From positions 36,892,001-36,952,000 of the forward strand of contig CM119372.1 in NCBI GenBank assembly GCA_051294905.1: a stretch of 60,000 nucleotides of DNA. The letters are read 5' to 3'. This DNA is from Botryllus schlosseri. Taxonomy: Eukaryota. Made by a program: the position numbers and the translations under genes. The notes below the pieces were generated by a model. That model had not been told where the DNA came from and searched no databases. It saw nothing but the letters and a program-made list of their open reading frames with translations. Shown in pieces: positions 39,401 through 52,625 of this stretch (positions are counted from its first letter, which is position 1; each line of letters opens with the position of its first letter).

Positions 39401-39952
39401 ATAGTGCCAACGTGCCAAACTCGAAATTTTGGTGTCAACTAACGTGAAAATGTGCCTATATTCCTAAATTTGGCGCCAATTTGCTATACTGGATTCTTCG
39501 CAACGACACACTAATGAGCAGTATTAACAGAAAGTGCAGCTGATATTTGATTATGATGTAACAACTGCGGCATATACATTGAGAATAAACGAACGCCAAT
39601 GACCAGATGGTACGAGGTTGAGAGAGTTCATAAACAAGTGTAATAGGAGGCAAATTTACGTGACTTGAAATTCTTTTCATGTATCGCAGGCTGGAATGGG
39701 TCAAGTATTGAGCCACTTTTCTATCATCGTCGATCTCAAATAAATTGAACTGAGCAATAAACCAAGCACATAATGAATCATTATTTGACTGAAAGTTCTA
39801 ACGTTTTCGCCCCCTTCGTTATCTTGGCCCCCTGGATCGCCCAATCGCCCCCTGGGGGGGGGGCGATGTCACCCACGTTGGGAACCACTGGTATTTACGG
39901 TGAAAAAATTCGGCACTTTGATATGACCAAATACGGTGTTTCAGGCATGCAT

Positions 39953-40122
39953 ATATATATATATCGACTTTTCAATTAGATAAAATAAAAAAGGGCAAAA
40001 GAAAACAGGAGACAAAAAGAACATCGAGATAATCAGTTTTGGGCTCGTGTTAAGCGTCTCCAACGTGGGCGGTCGTGGGCGTCTTCAAGCGACAGCCCGC
40101 GTTGCGCTAGATCAGTCTCCAT
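39953..40122 (-). mobile_element. Short 3' fragment of the same RTE-like LINE family as 33996-34861
   Basis: Reverse complement of about 34705-34861 including the (TA)n tail; TSD GGCATGCAT (39944-39952, 40123-40131). Confidence 0.85.
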
Positions 40123-41934
40123 GGCATGCATGAAGGGAAAGTGATGCTTTTAACACGTGTTCACATCTTGATAAAGGCCTGTGATCGAGTTTGGATGATG
40201 TAATTGCTAATATATGAAAAACGAATATGACACTGATAAGCTGGAACTACATTGAAAGAGCCCCGTGAAAACGATAGTGATATACATCGCATATGAATGC
40301 TTTCAGCACTGAAAATGAATTGCCAAGCAGGTAAAATACAATAAAATATAGTTTGCAGAGTAGAGGCGATTTTTTTGTCGCACCAGTGCGAATTTCACGT
40401 AATCAGAGCAAATGAGCTTGTGGATAACAGCACTCCGCAATAAAGCGCATTGTCGTATTACTAGTCTAAGTGAAGACATATGTATGAAAAGACAATGAAT
40501 AATAATCCGGAGATTTCATTTTCATCCGATCAAGACACCCACAATGCGATAAGACACCATGCAACGTAATGAACACATAGGAGAATGCCGAACGACGCAC
40601 AGTTGCGGTCTCTTAACCTGACGTCCACCTCGGTCTAGTGCCCAATGTCACGGCTCATTTTCAATGTTGATCGTTATGCCGTGGCTCGTTCTAGCTCTTC
40701 CCATTACTTGCGAGTGCTTTCTTTCATCGGGTCTTTCTTCACCACCAAATCTCGAGGATGATATGAAGTGGTTCAGAACGAATATTGATATGATGAAGAT
40801 ATGTCATCATTATTATCAACCAACTGGTAACATGACATACTTCAACATCCCATTGTTGGTTGGCGCGAGTTCACTACGGTACATATAAATGGCCTATGAT
40901 GATGCAGATCCGCTAAAATTCGAAAATAATGCCTCAACATCCGTAATTTGGCTTGTGGAGGTATATAGGAGTCGCAAAAAGCAAATGTCTTAACGCATTC
41001 CCAAGAAAACAGTCAAAACGTCATCAAATCTATATCGGCACGTCAAAAGAGACTTTCGGGTATCGATATTAACCTGAAAAATATATTTTGCTGTATTTGA
41101 CCTGTGCGTCAGTTCATTTTATCTTCATGGTGCCCGATTTAAGCCTTAAAAGTATTTTATTTGCAAATATATATCACCATCGTTTTAACGAGAATGTTTC
41201 AATTTTGTTGACTCATTTCCAGCTAATCAGTGTCAAATTAATTTTTCATTAATTAGCGATTTCATTATCTCAAATCTATCACCGTCCAGTATAAAGATGT
41301 ATACCGGTCAAAAAAGCATCACTTTCCCTGCAGGCATGCATGGAACACGATATTTGGTCATATCAAAGTGTCGAAATCTTTAACCGTAAATACTAAAAAT
41401 TCAAAAATGGTCGAAATTTCAATTTAAGATTGCACGGCCTTTACTGGTCGGAATTGACCCGAATTCGGTGTGTAGCGTTTTTTTCAGGCAACCTGACAAT
41501 TTTATCAGTAAGCGAGTGAAATTTGGAAAACAAGTTATTTTTGAACAACCCTAAAATATATATGATGATATCAAATATCCTCAATTACAATTAGTAATAT
41601 GCCAACATATGCAATAGAATCATAAGATATCGATGACGTAGGATACAGTGCACTGCCTATACAGGCGACATGACGGAATGCCATCCACGGTCTTCTTGAA
41701 ATGGTGGGGGTTCCGTTATTGTAGCTCGACGTCAAGGACAATGCCAAAGTAGCAATACTATTTGGTAGCAGATAGCCGTGAAGCACTAGCAGATTTTCAA
41801 TATCTGTATGCGCATTACGTATATAGCATCTTTTGAAACAGCTTGTTTCTCTTTCACTCAATGCAGTTTAGTACCATGTTTCTAACGTTCTGTAATCGTT
41901 GCTGCTGTCCGGTATAATGAAATCTGTCATGCCT

Positions 41935-42170
41935 GGAAGCTGAACAGCTGGAGAATGAAATTGTAACACTGTAAATTGACCTCCACCTCAAAGCCCACCA
42001 GGCTGCAGCAAACATTTGGTGCCTCGTTGAACCGGAAAAGTACAGTATTGTGTATACGCAGCAGCTATGAAGGTTGCAAGCATGTTTGGTTCAACTTTAT
42101 CATTGTGAATCAGCCTTTACGGACAGGAACTTCATCAAAAACAAACACATAGATCAGCGCGCTATTTGAT
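41935..42170 (+). pseudogene. hAT-Charlie (GTF2IRD2/ZBED8-like) transposase C-terminal remnant
   Basis: EAEQLENEIVTL*IDLHLKAHQAAANIWCLVEPEKY..AAMKVASMFGST/CESAFTDRNFIKNKH, with frameshifts; matches the FGSTYxCExxFS motif. Confidence 0.7.
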
Positions 42171-42341
42171 AGCTTACAATGCCAGGCCTCCCACTGACTG
42201 ATATGGAAACAGATAACATGATTTTGAGTCTGAAGTGAGACATGATTTATTTTAAAATTTGAGATGACTGTTGTTGTATAATTTATAAAACATGGTGCGA
42301 AGTAATTCATGATTTCTTAAAAAAAAATCGAGACGGACTTT

Positions 42342-45300
42342 CAGCATTCCCGTGGCCACTTACTGGCACGGATAATTTCGTGGCCGGCCACAGATATTCC
42401 GTGGACGGCCATAAAAAGTGCTATTCTGTGGCCGGCCATGGTGATTTTCATGGCCGGCCATGAAATTTCAGTATGGCCGGCCATGAAATTTCCATGGCCG
42501 GCCATGTCAAACTCATTCTCATGGCCAGCCATGACTAAATTTCATGGCCCGCCATAGCCAAATTTCATGGCCGGCTGCAATATATCAAGTTAGTATCGAT
42601 GATAAATACTGTATGTGACCCAATCGTGGTCAAATGCGTGGTCAAGTGTGTTCTATTATGGGCGTACAGTAAATAGAACTACGTTAGAGCGAGAGTTTAG
42701 CTCAGTTTATATGCATTTTCACCCAAAATACCAGAAGAATAGAGATACAATGAAACGATAGGAAGAAGATGAAACGATCTGGAATAGTCTCTATATATCA
42801 ATTAAAAATACAAAAAATGATGTAAAGAATGCATTAAAAAGGGGAATATCCGGTAAATGAAACAGGACATAATGGTATAGAAAGCTAGAAGCGATGAAGA
42901 CATTATCAAAACTGGTAGCTGGTAAGTGTTGATTGTATCTTTTTTATAGAAATAGACCTAAATATTCGGCTGACACTCGTCACGCTAATCGTATGCAACT
43001 GCATAGAATTGGAAAAAAATGTGTACCAGATATCTGTCAGAAAATCTCTATAAGTTCCCCAAAAGCTGTGAGATTCACATGACATTCTGTGGCCGGCCAC
43101 AGAACAGATCAAAGCTCGCTGTGGCCGGTGCTTCCCCGGTTCTGATATCGATCTTTACTCGTAAGATGTGCAATGTGCATTGTGCAGTTGCAATCGATTA
43201 TATAGTTAGTTTTATTTTGTGAATAAGCAAACCTACTAATAAACAATATAATGATGATAATGTCCTTCATTTTCCAACCATGTTTATCGTTTATGATGAG
43301 TCTGCGATGCGAATAAGTAGCCTAATACATATATATTTGATCATGTAGTTTAAGGATGTAGGGGCAGTTTAAAATATTTTATGGATTGTCCTGATGAATT
43401 TATGAATAATACAATACTGTACTGGAAACTTGTCCTAATTCACTGCAGATTATTTTCGATTTACGCTTAAGTAGACTCGACTATATAACTCCTTGAATGC
43501 ATATTCTATGTTTCATCGAGATACTGGATCGGCCAATCTGCGGTCATTTCATCTGTTTTCTTGTTTTCAATACCAAATACCGTAATCAAAGTACCCGAAC
43601 GAAACAATTAGGGAATCAAAGAACCACGAATATGTGGAAAATACTCTTTCAAGTTCCAGAAAAGCTGTGAAATCCACATAAGATTCTGTGGCCGGCCACA
43701 GAGCAGCTCGCAGCACGCTGTGGCCGGCGCTTCCCTCGATCTTGTGTCTTTCCAACGGCATAGGACACGTAGTTGCAAACAATTCCATAGTTTGTTATCT
43801 TCCGTATAGCAGAATAGCTGCGAATTGGATAATGCCAGGCTGATACAATCCTTCCTTTCTGTATCAGGCCTATGATGAGTCCGCGATATACGGTTATATA
43901 CATATTTGATTATCGTGCAGCTATACAATCCATACGACGTTCGAGATCCTCAACATCAATGGAGCTTGCACTCATTTGCACAATGAGAATTGCGTCGATG
44001 AATCTATGAATATTTCTATGCCGTAGCAGCACGTGAACTTGACACGCTGCAGATGTGCTGTAGATATAGAATAAAGGCAACGATGTAGCCTAACCTACTG
44101 GTAATATTGGTAAAATGTGAGGCTTTGTTCGCAGAAATTTGATTTTGGTCACGTTTCCGATCCTATATAATTTGTATGTATATTGTATATCCACCTGGGT
44201 GCCGTTCTTCAAGGTTGAAACAAATAATGTACGACGATACTTGATTACTTGGGTGCAAGGATCGTTTTGTATGGCATGTCGTTGTTAGATCAAGCTGTTA
44301 ACCGATGTGGTGGGCATAGGACGTAAATGTGCCTGCTATATAATTAAATTACTGTTATAATAATAGATAACTCCAGATACTTTGCGTCATCTAATGCAGC
44401 ACCATCGATCGATGCGACATCAAATGCAGCGCCATCGATCGATGAAAAAATGACCATGGCAAGCCTGCGAATTGACCAATAGGCATGATATATTTGTGGT
44501 TGATGCAGGGAACAATGTCCAATTCAGGGAACAATCTTGATGACACAGACAAGTCCCAATCGTTCATTATAATTCAACATTTGAATGCAGTGCAAATACT
44601 TATCGCCGTGTAAAGTGCATCTGATCTCTCGTGCCCCTGCGTGTTTTCTGTGAAAAGCATGTACTGGACACATTGCATTCATGCAACTACTTGTATATGA
44701 ATCTTCAATTGCTTCAGATTTTGTGAAATTGGTTACGGAATAAACAAACTTTTCGTAGCAAAATATGACGGTTTCTTTATGTAGAAAACGAAAGAGGGGC
44801 AGGGAGTCAGATTATCCACGTTTGCATCACTAATGGGCTTGGGCGATGGAGATGCGAAGAAACTGCAAGGCTATCGAGTCTGCACCACGGCTTTTTCTTT
44901 CCGCGCAATCCCATTGCGTTGATCGCCTGGCGTGGAAGCTGTGTGGACACCAGTTTTAATGTAAAGACGTTGGTCTGACCGAGCAATAAGATGTACGCAG
45001 TACGCTCATACATTACTCTATCAAATACATATCTAGATTCCAGGAAGTTCAAGGAACGTACGTTTCGGTGTTAGTTTACAACGCACCGTCCCAGAGTACT
45101 TTTTCAATAGTCAGTGGGAATTAAATTCATTTCTACAGCGAATACAGAAGGTAACACGTGTAAACCCGTGCAAATTTTGAACCCATCCCTAAACTACCCA
45201 ATAAAGTGGTTATGTCACTTAGGTACGTGCGATAATATAGTGGAAGTCATCTATAGAAACCTTGCCACCAGCAAGCTCGAGTTGCAAATGAAGAAGATCT

Positions 45301-45527
45301 ACTGGACTATTGTCAAATTGGATTCAAAGGGCGGATTTTGATCCAACTAGATGTGCCAAAATCACGAACTGGCCATGAACTCGTGGCCGGCCACGATGAA
45401 GTCGTACGGCCGGCCATAAAATTCACTATGGCCGGCCACGAGACAACGCATTTTCATGGCCGGCCATGAGATATTCGTGGCCGGCCACAAAAAAATCCGT
45501 GGCCAGTAAGTGGCCACGGGAAAGCTG
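42342..45527. mobile_element. Unclassified TIR element with subterminal arrays of the palindrome (A/G)TGGCCGGCCA(T/C)
   Basis: About 30-bp TIR CAGCATTCCCGTGGCCACTTACTGGC / GCCAGTAAGTGGCCACGGGAAAGCTG; about 9 motif copies on the left and 5 on the right; internal direct repeat at about 42860-43400 vs 43560-43990. Confidence 0.8.
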
Positions 45528-45560
45528 AGACCCCTACTGAAAAAATCTTATTGGCTAGCT

Positions 45561-46723
45561 CAGGGGTTCTAAGCCCTTTCTTGGCCGTGGCCCATTTTCC
45601 GGTTTGAAAATGTGCTGTGGCCCACCTCTAATCTCAAAGTCATATTTTCTCCTTATGTACTGATGAAATTAAAGCATAAACACGCCGGGGCATGAAGTCG
45701 CGCCAAGCGCTACAAAAATTTTCAAGTTGAATGAATATCTTCCAACAAACGACCAACGAAATATTCGTCTAGCTCCCCCAATTGGGGGTTTGGGTGTTGA
45801 AGTTACGGCTCTGGTAGATCATATGCAAAAACTTCTGAGTATATTATGATCGTCCGCTGCTCCATTCGCTTCGTGAAACACAATAATCGAATTCCTGCAT
45901 ACACTGTGTGATTGGGATTTTAGTTCCACTATTGAGTGGAATAGTATAATCATTCTGGGCCAGCTTCAAACAATTCATTGGTGAATGGGGAACTACAGAG
46001 AAGTGGAGTGCATGCTGTACAATGTACTACGTTGTATGTCACGTACTGAACCAACTGAAGTTGCGATGTCGGAATATTCAATGCAGTGATACTATCAATT
46101 TATGTGACTCTTATTACAATACGTACATTGATTTACAGGCATGACATTTTAAACAGGCTCCAAATATTAATGCGCTCCGCTGAATCCTCAATCCGTTACT
46201 ATTCGGTGCGGTGGTGCAGTATACCTCCACCAGAAGTTGCTAATAAATTGTAATTATGGCCATTTTTAACCAGCAATAATACGACCTGCCGAAGTACAGT
46301 ACACCAATTACACTTCATTCCGATTTTATTGCACACCTCTTTCAACGGCATACGACATTATGACCCTGCTGGAATACTTGGTTACTTCAGCATTACCGTC
46401 AAGCAGGTAATATACACGCGAAATTATTTTAGTTCCTGTTAGCCATAGGTAATCATAGCCAGCAGAAAAAGCCGCTGTTTCTGCCTCCCATTTTCTACTT
46501 GAAATGCTGACTCCATACGTACCACTACGTCTCATCAGAGTCGGATGAAAAGCTTAATGTAGCCCACGTATAATCAACTAATATGAATATATTTTTAGCG
46601 ATTACCACAACAAATATTATTAAACTTACATTATTTCTAAAATTTTCCAAATAGCTCTGTGGCCCACCTCAAATGCTCTTGTGGCCCACCAGTGGGCCAT
46701 GGCCCACCCTTTGAGAACCCCTG
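45561..46723. mobile_element. Charlie-like hAT MITE
   Basis: CAGGGGTTCT ... AGAACCCCTG; GTGGCCCAC subterminal motifs; perfect TSD GGCTAGCT. Confidence 0.85.
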
Positions 46724-47659
46724 GGCTAGCTAGTTGAAATGCGATGTTTTGATTTGAAAGAGTCTCTTATAAGTTTTATCGCAATGTGATTCCTGCCCAG
46801 AACTATGAATATATCAAAGCGGGAATTTTGTATGCTACGGGTAAACGATGGGAGTAAATTTTAGCCCGTCACTTCAACCAGTACCCAAGAAGTTGATGAC
46901 CCCTGCCCTAGGGTTTGCGATACACCCGGTTGAAGAGCCTTGGTATAATACACAGCTGCAACACCAATTAGTTACTACCGACCAAGTTCCTACTCAAGTG
47001 CTGGAGGTCTATCTAGGCTCCTTCTCGCCATATCATTCGTGTAAGCGGTGTCTTATAAAAAGAAGTGAACCGTGCTACAAGTCGGCATGTACGGATTATA
47101 AGACGAAGAAAATTGGCTTTGTGTCGATGACCACAGTGGTTGAAAAACACTATGAATACCGCAAGCAACAACAGAAACCCAACATCGCACGCTTTAAGAT
47201 CTTGAATTACTCGGTTTGTTGAACAGAGAGAAAAGCAGAGATGCCGACGCTTGGGTAAAATTAGGACAATGCAGTTTTCGAATCCACATCGTCATCATGA
47301 TAACCGCTAAGAAATGAACTCCTTCGTAGAGGCATTCCAAATTACTTATTCTACAGTTACAAACATAGCCATCCGCATTCCCGATTGTTAGGTAACTTGA
47401 TCGCCGTTCAAATGTAGGCTGGAAACGCAACGTTATGGTACCGCCGATTAGCACTATTCTCCATAGCTAAAGTTATTATCTTGGTTTCGAGGAATTGATT
47501 AAGCAAATAAGTATTGGCTACCACCGTGATTGCGGCAATGATTCCGGAAGCCGGTTAACTGTGAATAGCCTGATAAAAATTTCAGCAGTTTCTCAGTTTA
47601 CTGCTGTCTATATTAATGGTCTGAATTTGGAAATGTGGTAGGTGGATAGTTGCTTTGAC

Positions 47660-48087
47660 TAGGGTACCATATGTCCTACTTTAGGAGGATGTGTCGTCCT
47701 TTTGCAGGAAATTGAAAATGTCCTTCGAGTACGCATAAATGTCCTCTTTTTTGGCGGTTCGTCCTCATTTAGAGCTTTGCGACATCTAGGCTAACGGACA
47801 GGGTCAACTGCAAAACGGCATAAATGACGCGAAATATGTTATGAGGTCGTTTGAGTGGGTCACTCAGGAGGCGAGTCAGAGTGATGGCCGTTTTTTTAGT
47901 CAACACTATTGACTTATCGTAGAAGTGAGTAATTCGGGAGTCGAGTCAAAGTAATAACCTTTTTTTAATCAGCACAAAAAGATTTCTAGTAAATATTTTA
48001 TGGTCAGCTGTTTTCAATTTCGCTAACCTAACTTTTTTGATTTCACAAAGTTTCATCCTTTCCCGATTCCAAAATGTGGTAACCCTA
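47660..48087. mobile_element. Blackjack-like hAT MITE
   Basis: TAGGGTACCATATGTCC ... TGTGGTAACCCTA; same family as 21126-21461, inverted. Confidence 0.65.
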
Positions 48088-48401
48088 ACTTAAGCTTCGA
48101 AAAACATCACGTGACTCTCATGGAAATACCTGTGAAAATATATGCACCCTGCAAAGATTGCAGACCCCTGTAGCGAATGTCGCATGCTTATTAGGCATTG
48201 CTCAACTGTTGTTGTAAGGAATCTCCAACGATCGTGTCCAATTTCTTCAAGCACAACAAGCTTCGCTCCACCCTTTGCTCAAGTCTCAAGTCTCAATAAT
48301 GGCCAGACGACACTCGGATGATTTCTAAATAAGTGGTATTCGTCCGCTGACATATGCCACCAATACTATTTACTGGTCACGTTATAATGTTTGATCTAGG
48401 T

Positions 48402-50110
48402 CAGTGATTCCCAACTGCGGCCCCCAGCTAGCCTTCTTGCCCCCCCCCACCCTTCAAGAATAATAAGAAATCGAGTTATGACAAAAAATAAAATTTATAT
48501 TTATAAAATACACTTGCTTGACTTGGAGACTGGAATTTTTAATTAGGATTGCAGGAAAGTCGTGAGTAGACTGCTATCGTTACGTCACTGCTGTTTCAAT
48601 GCAATGTTCCGTAGCTTTCCAGTTGAACGAGCAGTAGCCATAGATATAGGTAAAGACAGGACCACAACTGCCGCACGGGGCACAAAATTATTTCGTGAAT
48701 TTACATGAATTATAGAGTAATTTTTGAAAATTTATGCATCTTTTTCAATTTTTTTTGCTCTAGGCGCGACTTCATGCTGCCAAATAACTTGATTTTTGTA
48801 TACTCATCCCCAAGAAAAAATGCGCAAGATTTATAGAAATGGGCATTGGGCATATCGGCGTTCGCCATTACCGCGTCACGACGCACCAAGACATATTAAG
48901 TTTTAGACCATGTAACATGCGACTCCAAGAAGTGTGTCAGAACGATCGGCAGCGAGAAAACCTTGGCCGAACAGGACTGCCATTATGCTGACCGAAAACT
49001 TCGTTATATAGGCTATGCAAAATACTGTCTTGGCAATCTGAACCTCACGAGACAAATACCATCCAGCAAGGAAAAATTATATTCCAGTGAAGAAATACCA
49101 ATTTGAAATCGTGTTCGTCTCTTAGTTTAGAAGCCTACGTTTGGGCGATTCTATATTTTTTCGATATAGCAGACAGGAGGTCACGAAATAACATGTTACG
49201 GAATCGTACTAATGGGCCCTACAGTTTCCAAGACACCTCACTCAGCACTACCGGTAAATCTGATAACGTGAGCAACAAGGACAAGAAATTGATAGCAATA
49301 TAGGCTATATGCAATTCCCGATCATATCGACCGATTTTATCATGAATTATCGAAAATTTTCGCGCTTCGCGCTGGCTCACTTAACAGTAACACTAGTTTC
49401 GTGGCAAAAGTTAACAAGGCGATAGGGGTAGGTTTATCACCGTATGGGAGCCCAAAACCAAAGTTTATTATTATTATTTGGGGGGGGGGGGTGCTGACGA
49501 AGTGCTGTAGTGCAGTTTCGTTCCTGCCAACGGATATACGCCCGAAGATGTTTAATTATTATTGAGGTGCCCCACCTTTCCAAACACACCTCCGTCGGCT
49601 CTACCTGTGGAACTGATTACGTGATCTAAGAAAGGATAGAAATTGATGGCAATATATATGCAATCCCGATCATATTGACCGATTCAATCATGAATTACAG
49701 AAAATTTTCGCGCTTCGCGCGTAGGCGACTCGCTAAACCATCCCGAAAGCAGCATAATTGGTAGTCCTATAGCTCACGACCGAAGCGTCCGAATAATTTG
49801 AGCGGGAGAGCGGTCTTTGTCGAAATCTAGCGTCGCATTGATTCCAAAAATACAAATTTAAATCTTGCCAGGGCAATAAAACTACTCCGAAATAGCCACC
49901 AAAGGTCAATTTTTCTGAACAATGGGGGCGCAGCAACACAATGACCATAACAATGGCCAATGGCGTCAAACGATCGATCTGAACAATGCCAATTTTCATA
50001 TTTTGATGACTATTTTGGGTTCGTTTCATTGCCCTGGTATTCGTGCGGCCCCGACCGCACTCTGAAATTCTAAATTTGGACCTGACACCGGAAAAGTTTG
50101 GAAACCAATG
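48402..50110. mobile_element. Charlie-like hAT non-autonomous element
   Basis: CAGTGATTCCCAAC ... GTTTGGAAACCAATG; perfect TSD ATCTAGGT; internal sequence shared, inverted, with 52626-54168. Confidence 0.85.
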
Positions 50111-52151
50111 ATCTAGGTCAATTTTTCCATACAGAAACATTTATCATCACCTATAGTCCCTTTCTTTTCCATCTAATTTCGCATAAATTGATTTTTATCC
50201 CATGTGTTATTCACTACTAACTGTACCTACCAGACGCTGCTTGTGGTGTCACAGTTGTGCGTTGATTGTTTACTACGAATCTCAGAAAAAGGAGTAACGC
50301 GTAACGGTAACCTAATGTAATCTATAACAGGGCGCCTTGTCAGCCACAAATGGTCAACTGAGCATGCGGTGCTGATATTTCTAGTTCCCCGAACAATATT
50401 ATACATCCAAAACTGATTTTCTAACTTATCAGCCCTATCCGAGGCAACGAATGTAACCAGCGAGACCGGCCGTATAGCCATTGCTTTATAATATAATGGC
50501 TATGGTATAACTCATAGCTACGATTGTCAGTTGTTTCTTGTACCCTACTATGTACCAAAGAATGTACATTCTTTGCTGTGTACTAGGGTTGTTCAAAATT
50601 TGGAAAATGTTTGGAATACTGCGTATCCGTGGCTTATTCTGTAGATTATTGTTAAAAAACAATAATGGGCCTGAAAGAAGCTCGCAGGAAAGCCGGTAGC
50701 ATTTGTCTAAATGCGTTTGAAAGTAGCAGTCGGCGAGTGGGCGGGGCATGGATGAAGTGGGCGGGCAAACAGAAGCCAATAATCCTGATTGGTTGAAGCT
50801 GGTAATAATAACCTACTGATTGGCTGAAAGACCGACTTTGTGAACACTGCTGGTAACGATTTCTGTGCGCTGTTGTGCAGTCGTCTCTGTAAGTGGCATT
50901 GCAGACATGATGTATTGCCTTTGTTAATTTTGTCATCGAGAGTCCATAGTACAACATCGCAACCCCCTTATTTATTATCTATCTGCAGAATGTGTATAAT
51001 AGTGTTGCTATGTATTGCACAGGTGCTCTCGCTAGTTGAGATACGAATAAACTAGATGCATGCATTTTGCTACCTTTCCAAAACCTACTGACAATGAATG
51101 ATACTCAAAAATTTCCCACCAGTAGTCAACATCTCAGTAGTATTTGTTACGTCTAGTCGACGTCTCACGAATAAACGAACGCATATTACACTTTTTATTT
51201 ACAATTAAATGAAGGCAAAAAGCACTATTTACAAAAGACCTTAAAAAAGTACGTTGCAGGATATGTGTTGCATTGTCAGGCACAAGTTGCGGGTTACAGG
51301 CTTTTGATTAGAGTTGACTTCCTGCTGTCTCCAACTGTCTTCCTATGCTGTTCCACAGCTTGAAGCAAACTGTCTCTTTAGTCGTTGTTGTTCATTGTCA
51401 GTCAAGATAGCAGCATAGTCTGTGCTTAGCTTTAAACCTCGTTCTGCAGCATCATTAATTGACTTTGACAGAACTGATGTAGGAGCTTATTGTGGTGTAG
51501 GAATCTGATAAGTTCCAAACATCAACCGGTTGAGTTAACCACGCCCCACAGCATTCAATAAGATCAAATATGTACCACGACTGTGGCCCAATAAAGACAT
51601 AAAAAGTAGTGTCCTTGTTGATCTGTACAGTTGCACTTAACGAGGCCGGGCCCCTTCTGAAACTTGAAGTTCGCTCTACCTGCAGGAGCATCTTCGCCAT
51701 ATTTTCTCGGGTTTCAATGCTTTTACTCGGCGAAAACAAAGCATATACAGCGGTTTCCTCCACGATATACCAGTCATACTTTAAAAGCTTTTGTAAAGCG
51801 CAGCTCTGGAAGCTTGTTCATCATGTTACTCGTAACTCAACATGTCTTGGGTGAATCTCAAGTCATTACAGGCTGCATCACGACTGATGCTGAAATCAAT
51901 CCGGGCAGGAATATAAAAGTGAACTAAAACAAATTGAAGCGATGCAGTAGTTCCACAGATTTGTAATGTAACAGATAAGCCCACATGAACATCGTCTCTG
52001 AGCATACAGAATTGTACCCATGAATCTTGCATGGTGTGTTGCACCAGGTTTGTGATGATGTATATATTCACCTGCACCGAGAAGCGCAAGAGCATTAGTC
52101 ACACATTGACTGTAGTCATCCCCGTGTGAAAAAATCTTTTCTGGTCAGTAG

Positions 52152-52395
52152 CAGACATGGGGTGATTACTTCACGAATGTAATCGATTGCGATTACGATT
52201 ACTTGTGAATCCCGCGATTACGATTACGATTACAGCAAAATCAGGAAGTAGTCGATTACGATTACATTTCGAAAGTAATCACGATTACATTTGTTTTGCT
52301 TCTTAGAACTAATTTCAGAAGAGATTACGATTACTTGAAAATGCTGTAATCGTCGTAATCGATTACGATTACTAATCGCGATTACCCCATGTCTG
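52152..52395. mobile_element. GATTAC-rich hAT MITE nested in the hATm
   Basis: CAGACATGGGGT ... ACCCCATGTCTG; perfect TSD GTCAGTAG. Confidence 0.9.
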
Positions 52396-52625
52396 GTCAG
52401 TAGTATCTTCAAGTTATCAACTGTCATTGCAGCTCGTTCTTTGAAACATATAGGAATAGTCAGAATCTTGAATTGCTGTTTTCTGTCAAGACAAGACTGT
52501 TCAAGCTCTTCTCAAGGTGATCTTGATCACGCCATCTTTCGTGCAGGTTTTGAAGTGATCGCACCAATTGTGATTTCTGCATTGTCGCTATCCTCGCCAT
52601 TTTCCACACTGTCATTAGGCTACAT

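Larger units (their letters stand above)
37146..39890. mobile_element. Charlie-like hAT element with nested MITEs and a SINE
   Basis: TAGTGATTCCCAAC ... GTTGGGAACCACTG; TSD GTATATAC/GTATTTAC. Confidence 0.75.
36979..41553. mobile_element. Non-autonomous hATm-like element with about 260-bp TIRs; left TIR split by insertions
   Basis: TAGGGTTGCTCAAAAATA.. is inverted to ..TATTTTTGAACAACCCTA; the left TIR resumes at 39899 and 40132 after the insertions; no clear TSD. Confidence 0.75.

Noticed and set aside
42375..42580. CRISPR-like regularly spaced palindromic repeats
   Set aside because: Repeats are only 12 bp with 9-15 bp related spacers, are mirrored at the other end of a TIR element, have no cas genes nearby and sit in eukaryotic DNA. 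They are subterminal repeats.
46848..48300. Short open frames that might be exons of another gene
   Set aside because: No recognisable domain and no consistent chain of splice sites, and the region is interspersed with repeats.
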